Below, piece after piece: positions 31,104 to 40,842 of a DNA stretch of 64,000 nt. Source of the stretch: Bradymonadia bacterium. Its GTDB lineage: Bacteria > Myxococcota_A > Bradymonadia > UBA7976 > UBA1532. The notes under the pieces are model-generated. The model did no database searches. It was given only the letters and a program-made list of their open reading frames with translations, and had not been told where the DNA came from. The translations under genes and the position numbers were made by a program. The stretch is from assembly GCA_046290225.1 (NCBI GenBank), contig JBKAGE010000036.1:64001-128000 (forward strand), given 5' to 3'. The number at the start of each line of letters is the position of its first letter. The first letter of the stretch is position 1.

Positions 31104-31526
31104 ATGCACGCCCATCACGAGAGAGGCCACCTGATGCGCACTGATCCCGAAGCCGAGCAGCTGGCCCGTGAGCGCCGCGCCCACCAACTCCGGGAGACCG
31201 CACCGTACCTCGTCGCCGGGTGTGCGCTGCTCCTGAGCATCGTCAACGCTCTGCTCTACGACGTGCTGGTGATCGTGTTCTTCGGGGTACTGCCGCTCTT
31301 CGCAGCGTGGGTCATGAAGCACGCCACGGAGTTCGGGGCACGCTTCAACATACTCGACCGTATGGGCCACAGCGCGCTCCGTCGGCGCATTCAGCTGATC
31401 TGCCTCTGGGGCTTCATCATCCTGGCCGTCGTGGGGCATCTGGCGGGACTCGTGTGCTGGATGCTCGGCATCGACTTCGGGGCTGTGCTGACCTCCATCA
31501 TCGACTTCATTCTGCCGTCGTCGTGA
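31104..31526 (+). CDS. Small membrane protein, unknown function
   Basis: AGGAG RBS; 3-4 hydrophobic segments. Confidence 0.6.
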   Translation: MHAHHERGHLMRTDPEAEQLARERRAHQLRETAPYLVAGCALLLSIVNALLYDVLVIVFFGVLPLFAAWVMKHATEFGARFNILDRMGHSALRRRIQLICLWGFIILAVVGHLAGLVCWMLGIDFGAVLTSIIDFILPSS

Positions 31527-31592
31527 CCTGCCCGTAGCCCACACATCGACGAGGGTTTGCCACAGCCCATTTCGGGCCTTACTCTGCCCTGC

Positions 31593-33230
31593 ATGTATCG
31601 ATGCCTGCTGGCCTTCGCCCTCGTGGCAGGGGCCCTCCCCCTCACCCGCGTAGCCATCGCCGCCCCCACCCTGGAGGTCAAGGCCCGGCCCTGGATCGAC
31701 ACCCTCGAGACTGAGGCCATCGGCGGTCGAGTACAGGTCACCGGGACCTTGAGGGACAACCTCAACCAGAGCGTACCCGGCGCAGAGGTGGAGATTTCGG
31801 TCGCCAACCACCCCGAAGTGCGGCCTCTCACCCTCAAGACCAACGCAGACGGAGTATTCAGCGGCACGGTGCGCGTGAAGGGTGAAGGTCGCTACACCAT
31901 GCTGGCGCGGTTCTCCGGCAGCAGCCTGCTGGGGCCTGCGGAGCAGCAGGAGCGGGTCTATGTCGGCCGCATCACCGTGCAATTGCAGGTGGATCTACCC
32001 CCTCGGCCCTCCACCCGCCGGCCAGTCCTCGTGCCTGTCACCGCCACGTTGCCATCAGGCGCCCCCGCAGGGGGCATCCCCATCGAGTCTTCTGTCGACG
32101 GGGTGGGCTTGAAGGCGGCCTATACCGACCCTCGAGGTCGAGTGATCCTGGAGCTGCCTGCGCCGACGCCCCGAGCCCACCGACTCGATCTGCAAGTGCC
32201 CGAAGCCTCCGACCGACTGCCCACGTCGTGGTCGGGGCAGTACTACGGCGCCCGCCCTCTCGAGATCGCCCTGGTCTACACCGGGCCCACGGTGCTGGCC
32301 CCTGGCGTACCTCTCACCTTCAAGGGGCAGGTCAACGGCGCTGAGGGGGAGAGCCTCGACGTTTTGCTCATCGCCGGCGATCGCCCTGTGGCCCAAGGCA
32401 GCCTCGATGACGAGGGCCGCTTCTCCATGGCTGCAGATCCCGACGACACAGGCTCGGGCTCGATCACGTTCCGCGCTCTCACTGATGCCGGTGATCCCAC
32501 ATTCATCGATGGGGCGTCGGAGACGGTGACCGTCGAGGTGCCCCCACCACCACCGCCCTCTCCGCTGTGGACGTGGGTGCCGCTGTCGGTGGCCATACTC
32601 TCGATGCTCGTGGCGCTGTGGCGGTGGCGTCCACGGCCCTCTGCCCCTCGGGCTGTGGTCACGCCAGAGCCGACCCCAGCACCACTCCCCGCCTTTGAAT
32701 GGCAGTCCACAGGTGCCAAGGGTCCTCCGGTGATCATGCTCACTGACGGCCTCACGGGGGCCGCCATTCCTGGGGTGGTGTACCTTCTGCCTCCTGAGGC
32801 GTCTCCTCCACCCTTCGATGGACAGCCTCCCGAGGGGGTCGCCGGCTCTACATTGCCAGCGGGTGAATCACTGACCTTGCCCGACGCCGCAGGGGCCCAG
32901 CTCTGGATCACCAGCCCCGGCTATGCCCCCGGCTGCCATCGCTGCCCCACAGGCTCAGGGCGTGCCGTCATTCGCTTGTTGCCCGTTCGGGCGCAGATCC
33001 AGAAGACCTTCATGGATCTGCTCGCCCGGGCAGGCCAGCCGGTACTGCGGTTCGGTCGAGAGACACCCGCGCAGGCCGGTCAGACGCTGATCCAACGTGG
33101 CTGGCCCCAAGGCTCGGTGAACGATCTCGTGCGCCAGGTCGATCGGGCCTGCTTCGGTGGTGAAGCCCCCGATCTGCACACCCTCGAGGCCATCGCCACC
33201 CTCGCCCGACGCCTGGAGCCAGCCTCGTGA
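31593..33230 (+). CDS. Exported Ig-like/carboxypeptidase-regulatory-like domain protein with one TM (MoxR operon)
   Basis: Signal peptide; TNADGVF and TDPRGRV beta-sandwich patterns; TM followed by WRWR; C-terminal ETP...CFGG resembling DUF4129. Confidence 0.6.
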   Translation: MYRCLLAFALVAGALPLTRVAIAAPTLEVKARPWIDTLETEAIGGRVQVTGTLRDNLNQSVPGAEVEISVANHPEVRPLTLKTNADGVFSGTVRVKGEGRYTMLARFSGSSLLGPAEQQERVYVGRITVQLQVDLPPRPSTRRPVLVPVTATLPSGAPAGGIPIESSVDGVGLKAAYTDPRGRVILELPAPTPRAHRLDLQVPEASDRLPTSWSGQYYGARPLEIALVYTGPTVLAPGVPLTFKGQVNGAEGESLDVLLIAGDRPVAQGSLDDEGRFSMAADPDDTGSGSITFRALTDAGDPTFIDGASETVTVEVPPPPPPSPLWTWVPLSVAILSMLVALWRWRPRPSAPRAVVTPEPTPAPLPAFEWQSTGAKGPPVIMLTDGLTGAAIPGVVYLLPPEASPPPFDGQPPEGVAGSTLPAGESLTLPDAAGAQLWITSPGYAPGCHRCPTGSGRAVIRLLPVRAQIQKTFMDLLARAGQPVLRFGRETPAQAGQTLIQRGWPQGSVNDLVRQVDRACFGGEAPDLHTLEAIATLARRLEPAS

Positions 33231-34219
33231 GGCGCATGATCTGGATATGGGTGCTCCTGTTGCTCTGGACGCAGCCGAGCGCGGCCTCCTTCGAAGGGGA
33301 GAGCACCGATTGGGATGGCCTGTCGAGGATCACCCAGGGCCTGAGGCGAGCGGGCGTACCCCTCACCGTGCCCACCACCTTGGATTTCGGCGCTCTGCCT
33401 CCAGGGAGCGGGCTGGCCATCGTGGGCCCCGATGCCGCCGTCGATGCCGACAATTTGATGCGTTTCGTGCAGTCAGGTGGCCGGTTACTCCTCGCCGACG
33501 AGGGGGCAGCCATGGGCCCTTTCCTCGCCCGAGTGGGCCTCGCAGCCGTCGACGCACCGCCGCCGAACGATGACACTCTCGGGGGCCGGCAAGGCTTGCG
33601 GGTGCTCAACCTCGAAGGCCGCGGTGGCTTGTTGGAAGGCATCAGCGCCCTGGTCACCAACCACCCGGGCGCCCTCGAAGCCCGACGGGCCCTCGGACCG
33701 GCCATCACCTTCAACGACGGCACTCCCTTCGCCTTCCACCTTCAAATCGGTGCGGGCGAGGCGGTGGTCATGGCGGACCCCAGCGTGTTCATCAACAACA
33801 TGCAAACCGCCGGTGACAACGCTCGCTTGGCGGCGAACATCGGCGCCTGGCTCAACGCCGGCGGCCGCCCGGTGACCCTCGTGGGTGGCGATGTACCCAG
33901 CCAGGGCAACTTCAGAGGCGACGAAGATCCGGGCTCCACCGCCGACGCCCTGTCGACGCTCAACATCTCACTCGCTCAGCTCGGCGCCTTTGAGCCCGAC
34001 ACCGTGGTGATCAGGCTCCTGGTGGCCATTCTCCTCGCCGCGGCGATCTTGTATGTCATCCTCGTGTTCCCCGGGGGGTCCACGCGGCGTCGCGCCATGG
34101 CAGAGGCCCGACAACAGCTGCACCCCGGCACCTCGATCAACGGCCTCGCCGGCCAGCCTGGGGGCCCAGCGGCCCCCGAGGGGCGCCCGACGGCCCAGGA
34201 GTCAGTCTCGCGATCATGA
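33227..34219 (+). CDS. DUF4350-like exported membrane protein
   Basis: WDGLS, FVQSGGRLLLADE and DPSVFINNM motifs; C-terminal TM; precedes MoxR. Confidence 0.7.
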   Translation: MRRMIWIWVLLLLWTQPSAASFEGESTDWDGLSRITQGLRRAGVPLTVPTTLDFGALPPGSGLAIVGPDAAVDADNLMRFVQSGGRLLLADEGAAMGPFLARVGLAAVDAPPPNDDTLGGRQGLRVLNLEGRGGLLEGISALVTNHPGALEARRALGPAITFNDGTPFAFHLQIGAGEAVVMADPSVFINNMQTAGDNARLAANIGAWLNAGGRPVTLVGGDVPSQGNFRGDEDPGSTADALSTLNISLAQLGAFEPDTVVIRLLVAILLAAAILYVILVFPGGSTRRRAMAEARQQLHPGTSINGLAGQPGGPAAPEGRPTAQESVSRS

Positions 34220-35202
34220 GCCACATCGATCCCAACCTCCTCGCCCAGGCCGCCGCCCTCCGAGATCAGATCAGAGGGCAAATCAGCAAAGTCTTCATCG
34301 GTGTGCCGGCCACAGTCGACCTGCTGCTCACGGCGGTGCTCGCCCCCGGCCACGTGCTGTTGGAAGGTGTGCCCGGGGTGGCCAAGACCACCCTGGCCAA
34401 GGCCTTCAGCGAGACCTTGGGCTGCGACTTCCGTCGCATCCAGTTCACGCCTGATCTGCTGCCGGCGGACATCACGGGCACCTATGTGATCAGCCCCCAA
34501 GATCGCTCTCTGGTGCTGCGCAAAGGGCCGATCTTTGCCCACGTGGTGCTCGGCGACGAGATCAACCGCGCCCCGGCGAAGACCCAGTCGGCCTTGCTCG
34601 AGGCCATGCAGGAGCAACAAGTCACCCTCGAGGGCGACACTCTGCCCCTGCCTGATCCGTTCCTGGTGCTGGCGACCCAGAACCCCCTGGAGCAAGAGGG
34701 GGTGTACCCCCTGCCCGAGGCCCAGGTGGACCGCTTCTTGATGAAGATCGAGATGGGCTACCCCTCGGCAGAGCACGAGCGCCGCATGTTGCTCACCTAC
34801 AACCAGCCTCGGGGGGTGCCCACGGCCATCCTCGATCCCGTTCGGCTGCTGCAGCTGCGGGCCCTCGCGGATCAAGTGCACGTCTCGGAAGCCCTGATGG
34901 ACTATGTGGTGGCCCTGGCCACAGCGACCCGGCGCCATGATCGGGTACGCCTCGGGGTGAGCCCTCGGGCCTCTCTCGCTCTCATGCGGGCCACCAAGGC
35001 TCAGGCCCTGCTTGAGGGTCGAGATTACGTGCGCCCGGACGACGTCCGCGCTCTGGCGCCCTTCGTCTGGGCCCACCGCGTGGTCTTGAGCCCCGAGGCA
35101 GAGCTCGACGACTACACCGGTCACGACATCGTGCAGGAGGCCCTCACCGCGGTGCGCTACCGCGGCCCCGCCGATCCACGCCCACCGCAGCTGGAGGCCT
35201 GA
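34216..35202 (+). CDS. moxR: MoxR family AAA+ ATPase
   Basis: GVPGVAKT, RIQFTPDLLPADITG, DEINRA, ATQNPLEQEGVYPLPEAQVDRF. Confidence 0.95.
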   Translation: MSHIDPNLLAQAAALRDQIRGQISKVFIGVPATVDLLLTAVLAPGHVLLEGVPGVAKTTLAKAFSETLGCDFRRIQFTPDLLPADITGTYVISPQDRSLVLRKGPIFAHVVLGDEINRAPAKTQSALLEAMQEQQVTLEGDTLPLPDPFLVLATQNPLEQEGVYPLPEAQVDRFLMKIEMGYPSAEHERRMLLTYNQPRGVPTAILDPVRLLQLRALADQVHVSEALMDYVVALATATRRHDRVRLGVSPRASLALMRATKAQALLEGRDYVRPDDVRALAPFVWAHRVVLSPEAELDDYTGHDIVQEALTAVRYRGPADPRPPQLEA

Positions 35203-36734
35203 TGCCACTGGAAGGGCGCCAGCCCCGGCTGACCACGGCCGGGCTCAGCCTCACGGCCACCTCGGTGTGCCTGCTCTTCATCTCCGGGGTCTCGGGGCAC
35301 GTACTCCCTGGCGCTCTGGGGGCGATGATGCTGGGGCTGATCGCCTGGGCGGTCCTCTGGTCCACCAACGCGGCCCAACGCGCCCGCAGCCTGCGCATCA
35401 CCCTCGACGCCGAGAGCCGGCGCCGGCCCATCCGTGGCCGGCCCTGGGATCTCACCCTCGACCTGGACGCCACAGCAGTGAGCCGACCTCTGGGCACCCT
35501 GGAGCTCGAGCTGATGGGCGCCGGCTTCACAGGTGATGCCCGCTGGCCCTGCCCTCTCGACGCTCAGGGCCGCGCCACAACCTCTGTCCCCCTCGTGTTT
35601 CCGCAAATCGGACACTGGCGACTGCACGGGGTACTGATCACCCTGGTCGACCCGCTCGGGTTGACGACGCTGTCGCAATATCGGCCCCATGAGGTGGCGG
35701 TGACTGTGCGCCCTGAGGCCGTGGCCTCCAAGCGCGTTGGCCAGATGTTGCGCCCCGTGGGGGCCCGACGCAGCCGCGAGGGCCGTCACCTGAACCGCAT
35801 GCGCGGCCACGGCCTCGAGATCCGGGAGCTGACCCACTACACCCCGGGCGATCCGCTCAAGCACATCGCCTGGAAGGCCAGCGCCCGCCGCGACGACCTG
35901 CTCGTCCGAGTCTTCGAAGAAGAGACCCAACGCCATCTTCAGCTGTTGGTGGACATCGGCCCCTCCATGCGCGCCGGTGAGGTGGGCGCCTCACCTCTGG
36001 ATCTGGCCCTCGACGCCTGCACCCACCTGCTGCTCACTTGTGATCGCGACCGCCTCGGCGTGACCACCTACGACACCCGCGTCTATGGTCACCTCCGGCC
36101 CGGACGAGGCGCGGTACATCGCCAACGTCTGCAACAGCACCTACTCGACCTCACAGGCGTCATCGACGAAGACCTCACCGAGATCACCGACGCCGAGCTG
36201 CTGGCCCGTGTCGGTGCCTTCATCGAGCGTCAGCAGGGCGCGTTCCTGCGGCAGCACGCCGAGGAGGCGAACCGCCCGCAGATCGCCCGCTCGATGGCGG
36301 ATCCACTCCGGGAGATCTACGACGAGGCCGCTGTGTTCGCCGAGGTCACCCGCTACCTGGCCGAGGATCGCGATCGTGGACACGCGACGCTCTTCGCCAA
36401 GGCTCGCCCCGCGATGGATCTGCTCTCGGCGCGACTGCGTCTGTTCTGCGCGCTGCGGGGGATCCCCCTGCCCTATCGCATCACCGGTGGGGCCTCGGAT
36501 CGCGGTGTGGGGTTGAAGGCCGCGATCTCTCAGAACCTGAAGCCCGGCGCTGCGGAGACGCTGATCATCTTCACTGATCTACGTGGCTTCGACCCGGACA
36601 ACGGGGTGTTCAAGGCGCTGCGTCTGGCACGAAGTCACCGCAAGCATGTGATCGTGATTCACCCAGGCGGGCCAGCGCCCTCTGCAGAGGTGCGGGATGC
36701 GCTGAGCAAGGTGGGCGTGCCGCTGTTGATGTAG
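35202..36734 (+). CDS. DUF58 domain (vWA-like) protein
   Basis: DPLGL, ELTHYTPGDPLKHIAWKASAR and MIDAS-like DIGPSM; follows MoxR. Confidence 0.88.
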   Translation: MPLEGRQPRLTTAGLSLTATSVCLLFISGVSGHVLPGALGAMMLGLIAWAVLWSTNAAQRARSLRITLDAESRRRPIRGRPWDLTLDLDATAVSRPLGTLELELMGAGFTGDARWPCPLDAQGRATTSVPLVFPQIGHWRLHGVLITLVDPLGLTTLSQYRPHEVAVTVRPEAVASKRVGQMLRPVGARRSREGRHLNRMRGHGLEIRELTHYTPGDPLKHIAWKASARRDDLLVRVFEEETQRHLQLLVDIGPSMRAGEVGASPLDLALDACTHLLLTCDRDRLGVTTYDTRVYGHLRPGRGAVHRQRLQQHLLDLTGVIDEDLTEITDAELLARVGAFIERQQGAFLRQHAEEANRPQIARSMADPLREIYDEAAVFAEVTRYLAEDRDRGHATLFAKARPAMDLLSARLRLFCALRGIPLPYRITGGASDRGVGLKAAISQNLKPGAAETLIIFTDLRGFDPDNGVFKALRLARSHRKHVIVIHPGGPAPSAEVRDALSKVGVPLLM

Positions 36735-36741
36735 CTGTGGG

Positions 36742-37125
36742 ATGGGCAGTGCGATGAAACCAGCTGATCTGGGCTTGAAGGCGATCTGGCTAACATACTG
36801 GGACATGGACCATCTGGACATCTCCAAACATCCCAATGAGCAGCGCCCGGACCCGCTGACCGAAGACCTCGCTCGAGCAAACTTCGGCCGTATTTTGTCG
36901 GTCGAACACGGATGGACCGAGTCCAGGGTCATGCTCGATATTGGCTGGATTTGGCACCTAGATGGAAAGCCTGCCTTCTTCTACGTAGAGGTCATCGAGG
37001 ACGCGGTTTACGAGGCACCAGCATGGTCTTCATTCGAAATTGAGACATGGGCAGAGTTGGTCGAGGAAATCGCTCGAGGGCTTGAGGAAGTGAAGAACAT
37101 CCTACAGCGCCCTCTGCCGGCATAG
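36742..37125 (+). CDS. Hypothetical acidic, Trp-rich protein (127 aa)
   Basis: Clean ORF with less GC-biased codons than its neighbours; no motif recognised. Confidence 0.55.
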   Translation: MGSAMKPADLGLKAIWLTYWDMDHLDISKHPNEQRPDPLTEDLARANFGRILSVEHGWTESRVMLDIGWIWHLDGKPAFFYVEVIEDAVYEAPAWSSFEIETWAELVEEIARGLEEVKNILQRPLPA

Positions 37126-37209
37126 CGCCCTTCTTCTCACTCAAAAAAGCAGGAAGGCATTCGGCCTCTCGGGCGTAGAGCAATCTGTAACCCGAATACG
37201 GAGCGCCAG

Positions 37210-38247
37210 ATGTCTTCCGAGCACCCGCACGACGCCTTGGTCAAGGCGCTCTTCCGAGACCCCCGCAACATCGCCGCGGAGTTGCAGCGTCTTCTGCCTC
37301 CGGAGGTCGTAGCTCGAATCGATCTGTCATCTGCCCGTCTTGCAGATGGTGTATCCATCGACCCCAAGTTGCGAGATCGCGCCACGGACCTGTGGTTTGA
37401 AGTGGCCTTTCCTGGTGGCAGGCAGGGCTACATCTTCATATTGTACGAGCATCAATCTTCGGTGCGGCAAGACATGGCGTGGCGACTCGTCGACTACGTG
37501 ACCCGCTTCTGGCGTGACTGGATCGACGAACAGCTCGGGAGAGACGCTCCAGCATTCCCTCTACCTGCGGTGATCCCCGTCGTTCTCTACCATGGTGCAC
37601 GCCGCTGGAGTGCTCCCCTGGCGTTCACCGAACTCCTCGATCTTGACGACGAGAGCCGAGCGCTCCTGGCACCTCATCTACTGCAGCTGCGTTATCAGCT
37701 TGAGAATTTGAGTGCACGCTCAGAACCCGAGTTGCTGGCTGAAGCAGCGGGACTACCCCACACACTCGGCATCGCATTCTTGCTCATGCGGGCGCTCATG
37801 CGCAGTGACGACTTGGTCTCGATCATCAATGGCATGCGAGCGGCCTTCGTGCATTTCCTGCGCGTGGCTCGGCCAGATGAGATCCAGGTCATCATCAGTT
37901 ACATTGAAGACACCCTCGACACACGTGACGTCGAAGCAGCCTTCATCGAGGTCGCTGAGCAAGCCGAAGCAGAGGAGAAGGAGCTCATCATGGAGATCAG
38001 AAACATCTACGCTCGGGAGCGGTTCAGGAGCGCGCACGAGCAGGGTCTGGAGCAGGGCCTGGAGCAAGGTTTGGAGCAGGGCCGCCTCGACGAGGCGCGC
38101 AATATGCTCAAACGTCTGCTCACCCTCAAGTTCGGTTCGATGGAAGCAGCCTCGATCGAGAAGATAGACGGCGCTGACCTGACAGATGTGGAACGGTGGA
38201 TGGAGCAATTCGTCATGGCAACCACCATCGACGACACCCTCGCGTGA
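37210..38247 (+). CDS. rpn: Rpn family recombination-promoting nuclease / YhgA-like putative transposase (PD-(D/E)XK) with DUF4351-like C-terminus
   Basis: HDALVK, TDLW, YEHQS, MAWRLVDY, PAVIPVVLYHG, (GLEQ)n, LLTLKFG. Confidence 0.9.
   Translation: MSSEHPHDALVKALFRDPRNIAAELQRLLPPEVVARIDLSSARLADGVSIDPKLRDRATDLWFEVAFPGGRQGYIFILYEHQSSVRQDMAWRLVDYVTRFWRDWIDEQLGRDAPAFPLPAVIPVVLYHGARRWSAPLAFTELLDLDDESRALLAPHLLQLRYQLENLSARSEPELLAEAAGLPHTLGIAFLLMRALMRSDDLVSIINGMRAAFVHFLRVARPDEIQVIISYIEDTLDTRDVEAAFIEVAEQAEAEEKELIMEIRNIYARERFRSAHEQGLEQGLEQGLEQGRLDEARNMLKRLLTLKFGSMEAASIEKIDGADLTDVERWMEQFVMATTIDDTLA
37990..38247 (+). CDS. Putative in-frame internal product (RpnS-like antitoxin, 85 aa)
   Basis: AAGGAG-N6-ATG in frame just before the GLEQ repeats. 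Confidence 0.5.
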   Translation: MEIRNIYARERFRSAHEQGLEQGLEQGLEQGRLDEARNMLKRLLTLKFGSMEAASIEKIDGADLTDVERWMEQFVMATTIDDTLA

Positions 38248-38268
38248 AGCGCTGGACGCCGCGGCCCC

Positions 38269-39831
38269 TCAACCACCTCGCAGCTTGCGCAACAGCGTGT
38301 TTCGCCCAATCCCCAGACGTCTCGCCGCCTCGCTCCGGTTGCCTCCGCAGACCTCGAGTACATGGGCCACATAGGCCTGCTCCACATCCTTGAGCGACTT
38401 GATGCTTGTGGTGAAGTCTTCTGCCCCGGAGACCACCACCCGGGGCATCTCCACCGTCGATCTGGCCACATCTGCCACATCACCGGAGATGCTCAGGTGC
38501 GCCCCTTCGATGATCTGCCCGGGCGCCAGCACCACCGCTGACTCGATGCAGTGCTCCAATTCTCGGACGTTTCCAGGCCAGTGGTGGCCATGGAGACGGC
38601 CCCGAGCACCACGGGATAACACCAAATCCGGGCGGCCATGGCGTCGCGACAGCTCGAAGAGGAAGTGGTCGATCAAGCGATCGAGATCAGCCGAGCCTCT
38701 AGTGCGGAGGGGTGGCGCTTCGATGGGCACCACCTTCAGGCGATAGTAGAGGTCAGCCCGGAACTTCCCATCGGCCACCAGCTGACCCAGATCTCGGTGG
38801 GTGGCGCATACAAAGCGTACGTCGGCGTCGAGGGCCGCGTTCCCGCCCACCTGCAGGAAGGTCCGGTCCTGGATCAGCCTCAGGAGCTTGCCCTGGACTT
38901 CGAGGGGCAGCTCCCCCACCTCGTCGAGGAACAGGGTGCCGCCTTCCGCAGCCTGCACCTTCCCCGGACGTGCTCGATCCGCGCCGGTGAAGGCCCCTTT
39001 CTCGTGGCCGAAGAGCTCGTTCTCGATGAGGGTGGTGGGCAGCGCCGCACAGTCCACCTTCACAAAGGGCCCCTTCCGCCGTGGGGAGTTCACGTGGATC
39101 GCCCGGGCGAAGAGCTCCTTGCCCGTACCCGACTCCCCAAGCACCAGCACCGTGGCCTCGGTGCGGGCAGCGCGGCTCACCCGATCGTAGGCCGCCCGCA
39201 TCGCCGGGGATTCGCCGATGATGTGGTTGAAGCGAAAGGCCAGCGGCCGATCGTGACTCGGGTGAAGCTGGCTGCGCAGGCTCGTGCTCTCCAACAGCGC
39301 CGCCACCTCGTCGGCGAGGGCCGTCAGGCGTCGCGTGTCGCGGCCCTCGAAAGCGCCCTGGCGCTGATTGAGCACCTGAATCACCCCCACGACCCCTGCA
39401 GAGCCTCTGATCGGCACCGCCAGCAGGTTCTCGGTGTGGTAGCCCGTCTGCGCGTCGATGTGGCCCGTGAAGTGCGGATCTGTGCCGCCAGCGGGCATGT
39501 TCACCGCCTGGCCCGATCGCGCCACCCAACCAGCGACCCCCTCACCGATGCGCACTCGGATCTCGGTCATCTCCGGCAGGTGAGCCACGCGACTCACCAG
39601 CTCGCCTCGAGCGTGATCGACCAGAAACAGCGTGGCCCGCTCGCAATCCAGCGCCCGGGTCACTTGATCCACCACCGCCTCGAGCACCCGCTCGAGATCA
39701 ACCTCACCATCAGCGCTGAGCCCCGTGAGCGAAGGCATTGGGGTCTGCATCGGAAGATCGATCAAGACGTCTGCTCCCATGGCTCGTCGAACGAGAGCGA
39801 GAGCGTACTGCGCTGGTGAGTGAGGGGTCAA
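38269..39831 (-). CDS. GAF-domain sigma-54-dependent transcriptional activator (bEBP, Fis-type HTH)
   Basis: GAF (GEGVAGWV...NLLAVP), GESGTGKE, GAFTGA, FLDEVGE, WPGNVREL, NRSEAARRLGIGRNTL. Confidence 0.95.
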   Translation of the reverse strand: MTPHSPAQYALALVRRAMGADVLIDLPMQTPMPSLTGLSADGEVDLERVLEAVVDQVTRALDCERATLFLVDHARGELVSRVAHLPEMTEIRVRIGEGVAGWVARSGQAVNMPAGGTDPHFTGHIDAQTGYHTENLLAVPIRGSAGVVGVIQVLNQRQGAFEGRDTRRLTALADEVAALLESTSLRSQLHPSHDRPLAFRFNHIIGESPAMRAAYDRVSRAARTEATVLVLGESGTGKELFARAIHVNSPRRKGPFVKVDCAALPTTLIENELFGHEKGAFTGADRARPGKVQAAEGGTLFLDEVGELPLEVQGKLLRLIQDRTFLQVGGNAALDADVRFVCATHRDLGQLVADGKFRADLYYRLKVVPIEAPPLRTRGSADLDRLIDHFLFELSRRHGRPDLVLSRGARGRLHGHHWPGNVRELEHCIESAVVLAPGQIIEGAHLSISGDVADVARSTVEMPRVVVSGAEDFTTSIKSLKDVEQAYVAHVLEVCGGNRSEAARRLGIGRNTLLRKLRGG

Positions 39832-40661
39832 AGTGACACCTGCAGACCCTCACGGGCGGCGAAGGCTCGGGCGCCGCAGCCCACCAGGGCGTCGTCGGCG
39901 AGGTGCTCCAGCGTACGCACCCCCTCGTCGTCCCGGCTCGGATCGTGGTGAAACAGGGCCACTGCACCCGCGCCCGCTCGGGCGCCGAGCTCTACAGCCT
40001 CGCCCCAGGTGGAATGACCCCAACCCCGGCGCCCGGGGCCACCATCGTCGCCGGTGTACTCCTGCTGGGTGTACTGAGCGTCGTGCACGATGAGATCCGC
40101 ACCGGCACAGAACGCCACCAGCTCGGGCTCGATGCGGCCGCCGTGCTCGACATCGGTGGCGTACACCAGCGCATGGCCATCGGCCTCTACACGGTAGGCC
40201 ACCACACCATCCGGGTGATGCATGTCGATGGCCGACACCTTGAAGGGCCCCACGTCGAAGGTCCGGTCGAGGGGCACGTCATCATAGGCCTTCACTCCAC
40301 GCAACAGCTCGGGGCCTACAGGCCACGCCGGGGGCTTCATCTGCCGGGCCACGGCCTCTCGCACACCACCTGTGGGGCGCCGCGCCCCCATGAGGGTGAG
40401 ATCGCTGCCCGGGTGAAAGGCGGGCCCGAAGAAAGGCACCCCTTGGATGTGATCCCAGTGCACGTGGGAGAACAGCACCGTCGCCGCGAGGGGCTTGCGG
40501 CCGTGGGCGTCACCGAGGGCCTTGAGGCCGGTGCCGCCGTCGAGGATCAAGCGGTGTTCGCCGCTGATCACCTCGACGCACGAAGTATTGCCACCCACCT
40601 CACCAAACCCCTGCCCGCTCACCGCAATGCTGCCCCGAACACCCCAGAACTTCACCTGCAT
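39828..40661 (-). CDS. MBL-fold metallo-hydrolase (RNase Z / cyclic-nucleotide phosphodiesterase-like)
   Basis: FWGVRGS, GGNTSC, DGGTG, SHVHWDHIQG, TDVEH, DAQY, WGHS, FHHDP; GGAGGT RBS before ATG 40661. Confidence 0.9.
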   Translation of the reverse strand: MQVKFWGVRGSIAVSGQGFGEVGGNTSCVEVISGEHRLILDGGTGLKALGDAHGRKPLAATVLFSHVHWDHIQGVPFFGPAFHPGSDLTLMGARRPTGGVREAVARQMKPPAWPVGPELLRGVKAYDDVPLDRTFDVGPFKVSAIDMHHPDGVVAYRVEADGHALVYATDVEHGGRIEPELVAFCAGADLIVHDAQYTQQEYTGDDGGPGRRGWGHSTWGEAVELGARAGAGAVALFHHDPSRDDEGVRTLEHLADDALVGCGARAFAAREGLQVSL

Positions 40662-40740
40662 ATCGTTCACCTCCGCGCCATGAGTTGCCTGTGTAGAGCC
40701 ACTTCCCCTCGTCTGCCAACCGGGGACGGCGAGGCCCTTG

Positions 40741-40756
40741 AGCAACGGCCGGGCCA
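40741..40756 (-). promoter_or_regulatory. Sigma-54 (-24/-12) promoter of the MBL-bEBP operon
   Basis: Minus strand TGGCCCGGCCGTTGCT matches TGGCACG-N4-TTGCW with one mismatch. Confidence 0.7.
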
Positions 40757-40842
40757 ACATGCCACCCCGTCGATGAACACAAACAATTCAAGCAGTTACC
40801 ACTCCCCCCCCAGGAATCGTCCCCGGTACGCTCTGGCGCACC

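Noticed and set aside
37210..38247. rpn as an active IS transposase
   Set aside because: No terminal inverted repeats or target duplications were seen, and the family is not shown to transpose.
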